DNA of 64,000 nt from an uncultured Gammaproteobacteria bacterium (GTDB taxonomy: Bacteria > Pseudomonadota > Gammaproteobacteria > DRLM01). Location of the stretch: contig CAVSNY010000002.1 in assembly GCA_963729605.1 (NCBI GenBank), positions 256,001 to 320,000 on the forward strand, written 5' to 3'. A model generated the notes under the pieces. It ran no database searches and was not told where the DNA came from. It saw only the letters and a program-made list of their open reading frames with translations. Positions 30,779 to 41,017 of the stretch are shown here, piece by piece; position 1 is the stretch's first letter, and each line of letters starts with the position of its first letter. The position numbers were made by a program, and so were the translations under genes.

Positions 30779-32230
30779 ATGCTCACACAGATCATTACAC
30801 GGCTCCGCGCAACCTACCGGCGGGTGATTTGGGACGCGGTCCCCGGCCGTCTGTCGTGGCCCCGGCGGGCGGCGGTCAACGCCATGCGCATTATTCAATG
30901 CATCGCCGTCGAGTTGGCGAAAGGCGACCTCACCCTGCGCGCCATGAGTTTGGTGTACACCACCTTGTTGTCCCTGGTGCCGCTCCTGGCGGTGAGTTTT
31001 TCGATGCTGAAGGCCTTCGGCGTCCACAATCAGATCCAGCCCTTGTTGTTGAACGTATTGTCGCCCCTCGGCGAGCAAGGGGGGGAGTTCAGTCGCCGCA
31101 TCATCGATTTCGTGGAAAACGTGGAAGTGGGCGTGCTGGGGTTCTTGGGCCTGGCGATGTTGATCTACATCGTGGTCTCCCTGGTGCAAAAGATCGAGAG
31201 CGCGTTTAACTTCATTTGGCGCATCGACCAGCCCCGCCGTCTGGCGCGGCGTTTCAGCGATTACATGAGCGTAATCCTGGTCGGACCCGTGCTGATGTTT
31301 TCGGCGCTGGGCATCACCGCCGCGGTGATGGGCACGGACCTGGTGCGAAGTCTGGTGGCCGTCGAACCGATCGCGACCCTGGTGGCGATCGCCGGCGCCG
31401 TACTGCCTTATGTGCTGGTGTGCGCCGCCTTCACTTTCATCTATGTCTTCATTCCCAATACCCGGGTGAATTTTTCCGCGGCCCTCACCGGCGGTTTGAT
31501 CGCCGGCGTGTTATGGGAGACCAGCGGCTGGTTGTTCGCGGCCTTCGTGGCGTCGTCCACCCAATACGCCGCCATCTATTCGGGTTTCGCCATCCTCATC
31601 ACCTTCATGATCTGGCTTTATCTCAGCTGGCTGATCGTGCTGCTGGGGGCGCAGATCGCCTATTACCAGCAACACCCGGCCATGCTGAACGTCCGGCCCG
31701 TCGGCGAACCGCTCAGTAACCAGGGCCGGGAACGCCTGGCGATACTGCTCATGACGATGATCGGGTATAACTATTTCCACCGACGCGGGCCGTGGACGCA
31801 GGAACGTTTGGCGCAGGAGCTGGGCGTCATGCCGCGGTCATTGCGATACCTGCTGGATATTTTGGATAAACACGGATTCATCGGCCGGACCGGCGACGAT
31901 CCGCCCGCTTATTATCCGGCGCGGGACATCGAAACCGTCGGCCTTCACGAGTTGCTGGCGGCGGTCCGCCGGGCCGATGCCGCCGAGGAGACTGTGAACG
32001 GTCGCATCGAACCCACACAAGTGGCGGCGGTGATGCAGCGGATCGATGCGGCGATCGGCGAGGCGCTGGCCGGTCAGACCATCAAGGATTTGGTGCGAGC
32101 CCAGCCGCCTCCGGATGACGAGGCGCCTTCGGTGGCGGGATCGGATCAACGTCCCGGCCGGGACGCCGTTATGAATGAGCAGCCCGGCGCGGCCGGGAGA
32201 AACGAAGTGGGCGATAGGCCGGTGGGGTAA
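30779..32230 (+). CDS. YihY/virulence factor BrkB family membrane protein with C-terminal wHTH-like domain
   Basis: LTLRAMSLVYTTLLSLVP, IESAFNFIW, IYSGFA....MIWLYLSW..VLLGA. Confidence 0.88.
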   Translation: MLTQIITRLRATYRRVIWDAVPGRLSWPRRAAVNAMRIIQCIAVELAKGDLTLRAMSLVYTTLLSLVPLLAVSFSMLKAFGVHNQIQPLLLNVLSPLGEQGGEFSRRIIDFVENVEVGVLGFLGLAMLIYIVVSLVQKIESAFNFIWRIDQPRRLARRFSDYMSVILVGPVLMFSALGITAAVMGTDLVRSLVAVEPIATLVAIAGAVLPYVLVCAAFTFIYVFIPNTRVNFSAALTGGLIAGVLWETSGWLFAAFVASSTQYAAIYSGFAILITFMIWLYLSWLIVLLGAQIAYYQQHPAMLNVRPVGEPLSNQGRERLAILLMTMIGYNYFHRRGPWTQERLAQELGVMPRSLRYLLDILDKHGFIGRTGDDPPAYYPARDIETVGLHELLAAVRRADAAEETVNGRIEPTQVAAVMQRIDAAIGEALAGQTIKDLVRAQPPPDDEAPSVAGSDQRPGRDAVMNEQPGAAGRNEVGDRPVG

Positions 32231-32233
32231 GCG

Positions 32234-32554
32234 ATGAGTGACATAAAGCAAGACGCGGGACCGGACGGGCCGGCCGCCGCGGGCGCGCGAGTAGAGGTCT
32301 ACACCTGGCGGTATTGTTCCTACTGCATGGCCGCGAAACGTTTGCTGCAGAAAAAGGGCGCGGCCTTTACCGAACACGCCATCGACGGCGATGACGAGGC
32401 GCGCGACGAGATGACGCGGCGTGCCGATGGACGGCGCACCCTGCCGCAGATATTCATCAACGGCCAGGCCGTCGGCGGTTACATGGAACTTCAGCGGCTG
32501 GAACAGGCGGGCCGGCTCGACGCTTTGCTGGCCGTGCCGCCGGGGCGGGTTTGA
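32234..32554 (+). CDS. grxC: Glutaredoxin 3-like
   Basis: VEVYT..CSYC..AKRLL, RTLPQIFI...GG..EL..L...G.LD. Confidence 0.88.
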   Translation: MSDIKQDAGPDGPAAAGARVEVYTWRYCSYCMAAKRLLQKKGAAFTEHAIDGDDEARDEMTRRADGRRTLPQIFINGQAVGGYMELQRLEQAGRLDALLAVPPGRV

Positions 32555-32642
32555 GTCCTCGCCGCGGCACCGCTCACCGGCGCGGCTGGACGGCCTGCCG
32601 GCGCGATACGCTACAATGGCGCGCATTGAAGGGGACGCTGAC

Positions 32643-33020
32643 ATGAAAGCCACGATTTATCACAATCCGCGCTGCGGCAAATCGCGCGAGACCCTGGCCT
32701 TGTTGCGCGAACAGGGTATCGAGCCGGTCATCGTCGAATACCTCGCTACGCCGCCCGATGCCGCCGCGCTGAAAAAGCTGTTGACCGCCTTGAAGCTCAA
32801 GCCCCGCCAATTGCTGCGCACCAAGGAAAAAGATTACCAGGCGCTGGGTCTGGACGACCCGGACCTGAGCGACGCCGAACTGATCGAGGCCATGGCGGCG
32901 CACCCGCTGCTCATCGAGCGGCCGATCGTGGTGGCGGGTGGCAAGGCGGTGCTGGGGCGGCCGCCGGAAAAGGTGCTCGATATTATCCAAGGGCCGCGCG
33001 CCAGACGGGAGCGAGGGTGA
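32643..33020 (+). CDS. arsC: Arsenate reductase (glutaredoxin) ArsC/YfgD family
   Basis: IYHNPRCGKSR, EYL, HPLLIERPIV, GRPPE. Confidence 0.9.
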   Translation: MKATIYHNPRCGKSRETLALLREQGIEPVIVEYLATPPDAAALKKLLTALKLKPRQLLRTKEKDYQALGLDDPDLSDAELIEAMAAHPLLIERPIVVAGGKAVLGRPPEKVLDIIQGPRARRERG

Positions 33021-33517
33021 CTACGCCAAAAAAACTTTCCATGCTGTTGTGTTCGGCGGCGCTGGTGTTCGCCGCGGCGGCGCAGGGCGACGAGTCCGCG
33101 GCCTACTTCGGGGTCAAGGCCGGGGTATTGCTGCCCGACATCGACGAATTGGAGGAGGCCTATAACGCCGGTCTGACGGTAGGTTATGGGCGCGGGCCTT
33201 TCGCGGTCGAGGCGGAATTCACCACCACCCTGTTTCCCGGCGAGACCACCTTGTCCGGCGTGGAATGGGACATGACCACCCTGGCCTTGTACGGCGTGTA
33301 TCGCAGCCCAGGTCAGGTTTATTTTAAATTGAAGGCGGGCGCGCTCCATGAGCGGGTCAACTTGAATGTCTCGGGGCTGAACTTGCAGGACCAAGAGAGC
33401 GGCGCCACGGTGGGTTTGGGCGTGGGATACCGGTTCGATAAGCAAGGGCGCCTCGAGCTTGAATACACGATGGTCGAAGAGGATGTGTCGCTGCTCACCT
33501 TGGGATATTTGTTTTAA
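33017..33517 (+). CDS. Small outer-membrane beta-barrel (porin/OmpA-like)
   Basis: Signal peptide, amphipathic beta strands, C-terminal YxF. Confidence 0.85.
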   Translation: MTTPKKLSMLLCSAALVFAAAAQGDESAAYFGVKAGVLLPDIDELEEAYNAGLTVGYGRGPFAVEAEFTTTLFPGETTLSGVEWDMTTLALYGVYRSPGQVYFKLKAGALHERVNLNVSGLNLQDQESGATVGLGVGYRFDKQGRLELEYTMVEEDVSLLTLGYLF

Positions 33518-33706
33518 GGGCTTCGTTTCAAGAATCCAGGTTGCCAAGACGCCCCGAACGCCAAGAGAAATTTCCGGTGTTGCGCGCGTGCGGTTGTGGC
33601 GGCGGGCGGTTGGCACCTTTCACAGGACGCGTTTATTACGCCGGCGCTGGGATGCGGCGAGATCAGCGGCAATAGGCAGGTCTGCATCAAACACAGCGAG
33701 GTAAGA

Positions 33707-34639
33707 ATGTTTATGAAGTTGATCGGCGGTGCCCCGGCGCGGGGCGTGTGCTTGGTTGTGATGATGTCGTGCGCCGTGGTCGGCGCGCATCATCCGGTTT
33801 TCGCTTCGACGCCGATGGCGGCGCGCGATCCGGGCGGGGTGCAGGCCTCGACGCCGGTGACGCAACGGCTGGCCTATATCGAAAGTCTGCTGCAATCGAA
33901 GACCGGTCTGCGGCTGACCGCCTCCGCCGATCCCGAGGTGCGGCAATTGCTGGCGCAATTGCGCGAACGCTTGGCGAAGGCCAAGGACGCGGCGCAGGCC
34001 GGCGACACCGCCCGCGCCGAGCAGTGGTCGCGTGAAGTCATGGCGGGTTTGATGGAGGCGTCGCGGCGTTTGCCCAGCGAAGACGAGGACGACCGCCGCG
34101 CCGAGCAGTTGCGTTATCAGAATTTGCGCCAGGGTATCGAGGTGTTTCAGCAGGCGCATCAGCGCAACTCGAGCCGCTTGAGCGCCGAGGAGGGGAATGC
34201 CGCGGTGGTGGATTTCGATGCCGACACGGTGACGGGCTGGGTGCGCGACGGCGACCACGCCGCGCTGGGCGGCGACTACGTGACCGCCAATGCCTTTTTG
34301 ATCAACGCCCAGCAGGCGATCACCGGCGCGCTGCGCGGGATGTTGAACAACCGCACCCTGGTGCACGAACTCAACATCGATACCGCCGAGGGCGAATATC
34401 AGTATGAGCTGCAACGTTATCAGGGTTACGCGGATTTGATTCCCGTCGCCATCGACCTGCGTTCCCCGCCGCCGCAAACCATTTCGGAAATGCTGGCCTT
34501 GATGGACAAGGCGCAATGGATGGTGCAGCAAGCCGGGCTCACCGCCGACAAGGGCGATTATCCGGTTGCGATCCGCATGGTGCTCGATGCCACCGCCGCG
34601 GTGCGCACGGCCTTGCGCGGCGCCGGGGTGGATATGTAA
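33707..34639 (+). CDS. Secreted all-helical hypothetical protein
   Basis: GAGG RBS, signal peptide, repeated A...GD...A helical hairpins, EYQYELQRY. Confidence 0.7.
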   Translation: MFMKLIGGAPARGVCLVVMMSCAVVGAHHPVFASTPMAARDPGGVQASTPVTQRLAYIESLLQSKTGLRLTASADPEVRQLLAQLRERLAKAKDAAQAGDTARAEQWSREVMAGLMEASRRLPSEDEDDRRAEQLRYQNLRQGIEVFQQAHQRNSSRLSAEEGNAAVVDFDADTVTGWVRDGDHAALGGDYVTANAFLINAQQAITGALRGMLNNRTLVHELNIDTAEGEYQYELQRYQGYADLIPVAIDLRSPPPQTISEMLALMDKAQWMVQQAGLTADKGDYPVAIRMVLDATAAVRTALRGAGVDM

Positions 34640-34688
34640 GGATGGCCCTCCGCGGGTGTGTGAGCAGGTCAGGGCGCGAGGTTTACCG

Positions 34689-35453
34689 ATGTTGGGGGTG
34701 AAGGCCTGGCGACGCCGGCGTGCCTTGCGCGATCCCGGCTTTACTCATCAACAGTGGGCAGCGGCGGTGCGGAGCGTGGCCTTGTTGCAAGATTGGCCGG
34801 CCGGCGCGTTGGCCAGGCTGCGCGAGCATACGGTGTTTTTTCTGCGCGCCAAGCGCTTCACCGCCGCGGGGGGCGGGCAGATCGGCGACGGGCTGCGGCT
34901 GCTCATCGCCATTCAAGCCAGCGTGCCCATCCTCCATCTGGATGTCGATTATTACGCCGGCTGGCGGGAAGTGATCGTCTACCCCGACACCTTCGTGAGC
35001 CGCCATCAGGAAATGGACGAGGCGGGTGTGTTGCACAGCTGGCGGCAGCCGTCGGCCGGCGAGGCCTGGTCTCATGGTCCGCTGGTATTGTCGCGGGCCG
35101 ATGTGGAGGAATCCGCGCTGCAGCGCGACGGCTACAATGTGGTCATCCACGAAATGGCCCACAAGCTGGATATGCTCAACGGCGACGCCAATGGGTTCCC
35201 CCCGCTGCATCGCGAGATGCGTATCCCGGACTGGGTGCGGGCCTGGTCCGAATCCTATGAAACCTTCTGCGGCCAAGTGGACCGTGATGAGGACACGGCG
35301 CTGGATCCCTACGGCGCGGAAAATCCCGCGGAATTTTTTGCCGTGATCAGCGAGTCCTTCTTCGAAACCCCCGCCCTGGTGCACGACCATTTCCCTTTGC
35401 TCTACCCGCAACTCCTGGCCTTTTATCGTTACGACCCCCGCCGCCCGGTTTGA
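34689..35453 (+). CDS. mtfA: M90 zinc metallopeptidase (MtfA family)
   Basis: VIVYP..F, GEAW, NVVIHEMAHKLD, DPYGAENPAEFFAVISE.FFE. Confidence 0.92.
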   Translation: MLGVKAWRRRRALRDPGFTHQQWAAAVRSVALLQDWPAGALARLREHTVFFLRAKRFTAAGGGQIGDGLRLLIAIQASVPILHLDVDYYAGWREVIVYPDTFVSRHQEMDEAGVLHSWRQPSAGEAWSHGPLVLSRADVEESALQRDGYNVVIHEMAHKLDMLNGDANGFPPLHREMRIPDWVRAWSESYETFCGQVDRDEDTALDPYGAENPAEFFAVISESFFETPALVHDHFPLLYPQLLAFYRYDPRRPV

Positions 35454-35471
35454 GTATTCCTTCTCGGGCGC

Positions 35472-35503
35472 AAAAAAAAGCGCTGCCCGGGGAGGGGCAG
35501 CGC
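35472..35503 (-). terminator. Intrinsic terminator of putative sRNA
   Basis: Minus strand GCGCTGCCC-CTCCCC-GGGCAGCGC-TTTTTTTT. Confidence 0.85.
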
Positions 35504-35632
35504 GATCGCTCAAGGAGGGATGAACGAAGACGCTCTACAGTTGGTTCAGGATACCCTTCGCGGTCAGGGAAACCGTGGGTTGGACGGGTATCCAGGAAGG
35601 TCCGCCGGGGGACGGGGAGCCCCTCCGCCGGT
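35472..35632 (-). ncRNA. Putative sigma54-dependent small RNA (~160 nt)
   Basis: Bounded by a sigma54 promoter and a T8 terminator; no ATG; three stems with C-rich loops. Confidence 0.6.
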
Positions 35633-35640
35633 ACTTCAAA

Positions 35641-35691
35641 ATAGCAATCGATGTGCCAAGAAATGGCTATCTATTAAAAATCAGTAACTTA
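35641..35691 (-). promoter_or_regulatory. sigma54 promoter plus IHF-like site
   Basis: Minus strand TTGGCACATCGATTGCT (near-perfect consensus); AATCAGTAACTTA at 35679-35691 matches WATCARnnnnTTR. Confidence 0.85.
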
Positions 35692-35914
35692 ATTGAAATA
35701 TGGCCGTCGCGGTCCACCAAAAACGGTTTTTGCGGCCCCAAAGAGTCGTCGAGGAGAGACGGGCCCGCCCAATATAGAATTAAGATTTTGATTTTTTAAA
35801 TAAAAACCCAGTCTCCAGAGAGAGACGGACCGGCCTGCGCGCCGTGAAATACGACACGAAAGAAACCCCCCGCCCGGCCGATAAGTACTGTAAATATTAC
35901 ATGCGTTTGAAAGG

Positions 35915-38398
35915 ATGACAGCCGGAGTACCTATGGGTGACCGTGACAAGGTAGTGAATATCGGCGCGCGCATTTCGCGTGATGACGGGGTTGCGCATCA
36001 ACACGAATTGCTGGTGCGCTGCCGGCAAATCGCCGAGAAGGATCTGTGCGAGTCGATCAAACAGGTGTTCGATAAAGCCGACGACCTCTTGTTTGAACGC
36101 AGCAACGGGTCCGAGGACGGCGCCAGCCGCTATTTCGATGCGCTGCGTGAATTGCGGATCAAGCGCCAGGAAATGACCCAAACCTATCTCGAGGCCTTGC
36201 TGCGGGAGCACGACGGCCGTTTGCGCCGTGCGCCGGCGGTGGCGGGTAAACCCGGCGGCCGCGTTCCCTTGGGCGGCGGTTTGTCTCTGATCGACGAAAA
36301 AGAGTTGGAAGAATCGCTGGCCGTCGAAGGGATGGTCGGCAAGGCCGGGGAACGTTGCAACCAGGTTTTGTATGCGCTCAGCCAACGTTACGCGCAGTTG
36401 GCGGAGGGCGTGAAGCTTGAGCCCGAAACCCACCCGCTGGCCCCCGAGGTGATCTGCCACGCCTTCCGCGATGCATTGGGCGGCATCGAAGTCGGTGTCG
36501 AAATCAAATTGATCATCTACAAGCTCTTCGAAAAACACGCGGTGAAACCGCTCGACGAACTCTACGACAAGCTCAATACCTTGCTGGCCGATGCCGGGAT
36601 ATTGCCGCAACTCAAGGCGACGGCGCCGGTACGTTCGAGTAGCGCCGCCGCCGAGCGGCCTCGCCCCGCCGCCGCGGCTGACGTCGCGACGGAGGCGGCC
36701 GCGGGCAATTCCCTGCCGGTGCCGGTGACGGCCCTCACCGGGATGACCGGGGGAGGAGGTGACGGGGACGTCTATCACACCCTGCAACGGCTGATGAATC
36801 TCAAAAAATACGGCGGCGCGGCGCCGGGGGCGGAGAGCGGCGGCGGCTTGCCGGGCGGCGCCATGGCCGGCGTAACCGGGCAATTCGGCGGAAGTGGTTA
36901 CGGCGGTGGTACCGTCGCGGCGGTGCCGGTGGCGGCGACGGTTTTGATCGAAGGGCTGTCCTTATTGCAGCAGCTGCCGCCCCCGCCGCCGGAAATGACC
37001 GCGGGCCATGCCGCCATCGCCTATATCAAATCGAGTTTATTGGAGCGCATCGGCGACTCGGCGCTGGGCAAGACCATCGACCCGGTCACCGACAACACCA
37101 TCGACGTCATCGGGATGATCTTCGAGTTTATACTCGACGAGACCAGTATCCCGGAATCGGTGAAGCGCCTGCTCAACCAGCTGCAAATTCCCATCCTCAA
37201 GGTCGCCATCGTCGACAAGGAATTCTTCGCCAACAAGCAGCACCCCGCCCGGCGCCTGCTGAACAGCTTGGGTCACGCCAGCATCGGCTGGAACGACAAA
37301 GACCCGCACACCCAGCGCCGCCGCTTCGAGAAAATGGAATACCTGGTCGGCCGGGTTTTGAAAGAATATGAAACCGATCCCAGCGTCTTCGCCGAACTGC
37401 TCGCCGACTTCACCGGTTTTCTGGCCACCGAGGTGGACGATGAAGAGCCCGCTGAAGAATGGGCGCAGGAAGAATCCCCGCCGGGGGCGCCGGAGGAAGA
37501 GCAAATTGCGCCGGGCAAACACGCCTTCGAGACCGTTGAATTGCGTTTGGGCGGGGTGGAGGCGCCGCGGCTCGTCCGCGATTTTTTGCGTAATACTTGG
37601 CGGCAGGTCTTGGAACAGGTGGCGGCCGCCGAGGGACCGGAGAGCGATTCATGGCGGCGCCGAGTCCAGTTGATGGACGATTTATTGTGGAGCGTGGAAC
37701 CCAAGCCCGGCGGCGATGAACGGCGGCGCATGGTGGCCCTGTTGCCGCGGCTGTTGGGCGGATTGCAGGACGGCATGAACGCCGTCGGCTGCCAGCCGGC
37801 GGAAATGGATGCGGTGCTCAACGGCTTGCAGCCCATTCACATGGCCTGTTTGCGCGGTGAGGCGCCGCCGCCCGAGGCCGGCGAGACGCCGCCGCGGGTG
37901 CCTCGCGCGCCGGCCTCCCAGGAAGTAACGGACATGATCCGTTCCATCCAGCAGGGCATGGACGGTGCGGAGTCCGCACATGACCAGCACGCGGCCAACG
38001 GCGTCGCCGATCTGGAGCGGCAGTTGGCGGGGGCGGCGCACGGCGGTGATTTCATGTCCACGTTCGCCGGAACGGAAGAGGACTCCTTACTCGACCCCGG
38101 CGAGACGCTCATTGAAGACGAATTCACGGAGAAGGTCCGCGCGCTGGCCATCGGCACTTGGCTGGAATTCGCCCAAGGCGACAAACCGCGCCGCGGCAAG
38201 CTGGGCTGGAAGAGCGCGGTGCTGGGGCAATACGTGTTCGTCGATCGCCGCTACAAAGTGGTGACGGAGCGGACCCTGGCCGAATTGGCCGCCGATTTAC
38301 GCACGGGACGCGCGCACGTGGTGGAAAAGGTGGGGATGTTCGATCGCGCCCTCGACGCCGTGATGGCGGGCCTGATGGCCGGGGCCGGCGCCCGGTAA
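35915..38398 (+). CDS. DUF1631 family protein
   Basis: ELEESLA, PLAPE..C.AF, IKLIIYKLFE, LNQLQIPILKVA...FF...HPARRLLN, G.WLEF, FDRAL. Confidence 0.9.
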   Translation: MTAGVPMGDRDKVVNIGARISRDDGVAHQHELLVRCRQIAEKDLCESIKQVFDKADDLLFERSNGSEDGASRYFDALRELRIKRQEMTQTYLEALLREHDGRLRRAPAVAGKPGGRVPLGGGLSLIDEKELEESLAVEGMVGKAGERCNQVLYALSQRYAQLAEGVKLEPETHPLAPEVICHAFRDALGGIEVGVEIKLIIYKLFEKHAVKPLDELYDKLNTLLADAGILPQLKATAPVRSSSAAAERPRPAAAADVATEAAAGNSLPVPVTALTGMTGGGGDGDVYHTLQRLMNLKKYGGAAPGAESGGGLPGGAMAGVTGQFGGSGYGGGTVAAVPVAATVLIEGLSLLQQLPPPPPEMTAGHAAIAYIKSSLLERIGDSALGKTIDPVTDNTIDVIGMIFEFILDETSIPESVKRLLNQLQIPILKVAIVDKEFFANKQHPARRLLNSLGHASIGWNDKDPHTQRRRFEKMEYLVGRVLKEYETDPSVFAELLADFTGFLATEVDDEEPAEEWAQEESPPGAPEEEQIAPGKHAFETVELRLGGVEAPRLVRDFLRNTWRQVLEQVAAAEGPESDSWRRRVQLMDDLLWSVEPKPGGDERRRMVALLPRLLGGLQDGMNAVGCQPAEMDAVLNGLQPIHMACLRGEAPPPEAGETPPRVPRAPASQEVTDMIRSIQQGMDGAESAHDQHAANGVADLERQLAGAAHGGDFMSTFAGTEEDSLLDPGETLIEDEFTEKVRALAIGTWLEFAQGDKPRRGKLGWKSAVLGQYVFVDRRYKVVTERTLAELAADLRTGRAHVVEKVGMFDRALDAVMAGLMAGAGAR

Positions 38399-38516
38399 TT
38401 CCCCTGACGAAGTCGATAGCGTCCGTGAGCGGCTGTTTGCCGCCCGGCGGCGAGTGGGTTATCTTGCTTTTCGACGCGACCACGCGCCGGTATGCGACAC
38501 GGAAGGGGACGGTGCC

Positions 38517-39725
38517 ATGACAATGAAATGGGCCCGCGGCGGACGGCCACGGCTGGTGATGTTGCTCGGTATCGTCGGCCTGCTGGGCGGTGGGCCGGCA
38601 TGGGCGGACACCCCGCCGGCCTGCATCAAACCCGGCGAATGGCTGCGCATGGAGGACGGCAAATCCGTCGCCCACGACGCGCTGTTGAAACAGGTCAGCC
38701 AGCGCCGGGTGGTCTTGCTGGGCGAGCATCACACCAACGCCGATCATCATCGCTGGCAACTGCAAGTCCTGGCCGGCCTGCTCGCCTTGCAGCCCAAGAT
38801 GGCGATCGGCTTCGAGATGTTTCCCCAAGAGGTGCAGCCGGTGCTCGACCGCTGGGTGGCCGGCGAATTGAGCGAAAAGGAATTCCTGCGGCAGACCCAT
38901 TGGCATAGCGGCTGGCGTTTCGATGCCGGCCTCTATATGCCCATCTTTCATTTCGCGCGCATCAACCGCATTCCCATGTACGCCATCAACGTCAACCCCG
39001 CCCTGCTGAGCGAGGCGCGCGCCAAGGGCTGGGCCGCCATCGACCCCGCGGCGCGGCAGGGTATCACCGACCCCGCGCCGGCCAGCCGCGACTATCTAAA
39101 AATGCTGGCGGGCAGTTTCGCCGTCCACCGCCCGCCGGGCGTACGCGATCCGTCGGGCGAGTTGAAGGCCGAGGACAAACAGGCCTTCCAGCGCTTCGTC
39201 GAAGGCCAGCTGCTGTGGGACCGCGCGATGGCCGAGGCCCTCGCCGCGGTGGCCAAACGCCAACCCGCGCCCCTGGTGGTAGGGCTGATGGGCACCGGCC
39301 ACATGGTCTACAACTTCGGCGTGCCGCATCAACTGGCGGCGTTGGACGTGGCCGACACGGTATCCCTCATCCCCTGGGACGATCAAATCAGTTGTGAGGA
39401 AATGGTGCCCGGTTTCGCTCATGCGGTGTTCGGCTTGGCGCCGGACAACGCCGAGCCGGAACCGGACAAACCGAGGTTGGGCGTGTTCCTGGAACCGTCC
39501 GAGGGCGGCGTCAAGGTGGTGAAACTCATCGAGCGCAGCGTGGCCGAGGCCAGCGGCGTCAAGGAGGGCGACCGCATCGTGGAAATCGCCGGCCGCCGCG
39601 TGGCGGAAGTGGACGACGTCATCGCCAAGGTGCAGGCCATGCTCCCCGGCGCCTGGCTGCCGCTCACCGTGCTGCGCGGCGATCAGCGCAAGGAATTGGT
39701 GGCGAAATTTCCCCCGCGGCCGTAA
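38517..39725 (+). CDS. ChaN/PhuW-like heme-uptake family protein with C-terminal PDZ
   Basis: Signal peptide, VVLLGEHH...HH, GFEMF, Q.LWD.AMA, G.GH...GVP; PDZ RLGV...GDRIV. Confidence 0.85.
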   Translation: MTMKWARGGRPRLVMLLGIVGLLGGGPAWADTPPACIKPGEWLRMEDGKSVAHDALLKQVSQRRVVLLGEHHTNADHHRWQLQVLAGLLALQPKMAIGFEMFPQEVQPVLDRWVAGELSEKEFLRQTHWHSGWRFDAGLYMPIFHFARINRIPMYAINVNPALLSEARAKGWAAIDPAARQGITDPAPASRDYLKMLAGSFAVHRPPGVRDPSGELKAEDKQAFQRFVEGQLLWDRAMAEALAAVAKRQPAPLVVGLMGTGHMVYNFGVPHQLAALDVADTVSLIPWDDQISCEEMVPGFAHAVFGLAPDNAEPEPDKPRLGVFLEPSEGGVKVVKLIERSVAEASGVKEGDRIVEIAGRRVAEVDDVIAKVQAMLPGAWLPLTVLRGDQRKELVAKFPPRP

Positions 39726-39897
39726 ACATGTCGATCAAAATCGGGCCGCGGACCCGCATCGATAAAATAGATATACCGTCGTTTGAATCTTCGTGCCGGC
39801 GTACACCGATAGCCACGGCCGATGCGCAGCCCGCATTGCGGGATGTCGGCTGGTGACGCTGTTTCCCTCGCTCTCCAGGGGAGGATTTGGGGCAATC

Positions 39898-40785
39898 CTA
39901 TCCGCCGCCGGCGATGATCTTATTGCGCAGCCGGCCGATGCCTTCTACCTCGCACTCCACCACATCGCCCGCCCGCAAAAACTGCGGCGGGGTGCGGGCG
40001 AAGCCGACGCCGGCCGGGGTGCCGGTGGCGATGATGTCGCCGGGTTCCAGGCTCATGCCCCGCGACAACACCGCGATGGTCTCCGCGATGGGGAAGATCT
40101 GCTGCCGCGAGTTGGCCGCCTGTTTCAATTCGCCGTTGACCCAGCAGCGCAGGTCGAGTTGCTGGGGGTCGGCGATCTCGTCGGCGGTGACGATCCACGG
40201 TCCCATCGGACAGGCGCCGTCCAGGCTTTTGCCGAGAAAATATTGCTTGTGGCGGAATTGCAGGTCGCGGGCCGACAGGTCGTTGATCACCGTGTAGCCG
40301 AAGACATGCTCGAGCGCGCGTTCGGCGGCGATGCCCCGGCCGCCGCGGCCGATGATCACCGCCAGTTCCACTTCCCAATCCAGTTGCGTGGTCACCGCCT
40401 CGTCCAGCGTGATATCGGCCGTGGGCCCGGTGACGCTGGTGACGGCCTTGGTGAAGACCACCGGATGTTCGGGCAACACCGGCGCGCGGCCGTGGGCGGC
40501 GAGGGACTCCGCGGCGTGGTCGGCGTAATTCAAGCCCAGGCATAGGATGTTTTTGCGCGGACGCGGGATGGGCGCCAACAGCGTCAGCTCGCTGAGAGGC
40601 ACCCGGTGCGGCGGCGGACTCGCGGCCACCTCGGCGGCGAAACGCCGCCAGTACGGCGGGCCGGCCGCTATCAGACCGAGCATGTCATCGGCTGACGTCC
40701 CGCCCCGGGCGGGCAGGATGGCGGTCTCGCCCTCCACCGCGCCTATGTGGATTTGTCCGCGATAATCGCAGGTGATTAAGCGCAT
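39898..40785 (-). CDS. Fumarylacetoacetate hydrolase family protein
   Basis: [43 protein letters not shown]. Confidence 0.93.
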   Translation of the reverse strand: MRLITCDYRGQIHIGAVEGETAILPARGGTSADDMLGLIAAGPPYWRRFAAEVAASPPPHRVPLSELTLLAPIPRPRKNILCLGLNYADHAAESLAAHGRAPVLPEHPVVFTKAVTSVTGPTADITLDEAVTTQLDWEVELAVIIGRGGRGIAAERALEHVFGYTVINDLSARDLQFRHKQYFLGKSLDGACPMGPWIVTADEIADPQQLDLRCWVNGELKQAANSRQQIFPIAETIAVLSRGMSLEPGDIIATGTPAGVGFARTPPQFLRAGDVVECEVEGIGRLRNKIIAGGG

Positions 40786-41017
40786 CGCCGGATACCCCGT
40801 CCTTCGTGATGATGGCGGTGAGTATGGCAGAGGCGCGCACGGCGGCCCAGGCCGCGATAGTTATATCTGTGTCCGCGGGGGGCAGGTCGCCGCGCCCGAT
40901 CATCGCAGTCCGCCGCTCTGGTATATACTTCGATTTTCACTAATCCATATAGCCAGTCCCGCCGGTTCCACGGACCGGGCGGCACCGAATCTTTTTCACT
41001 GCAATGCGGAGACACTC

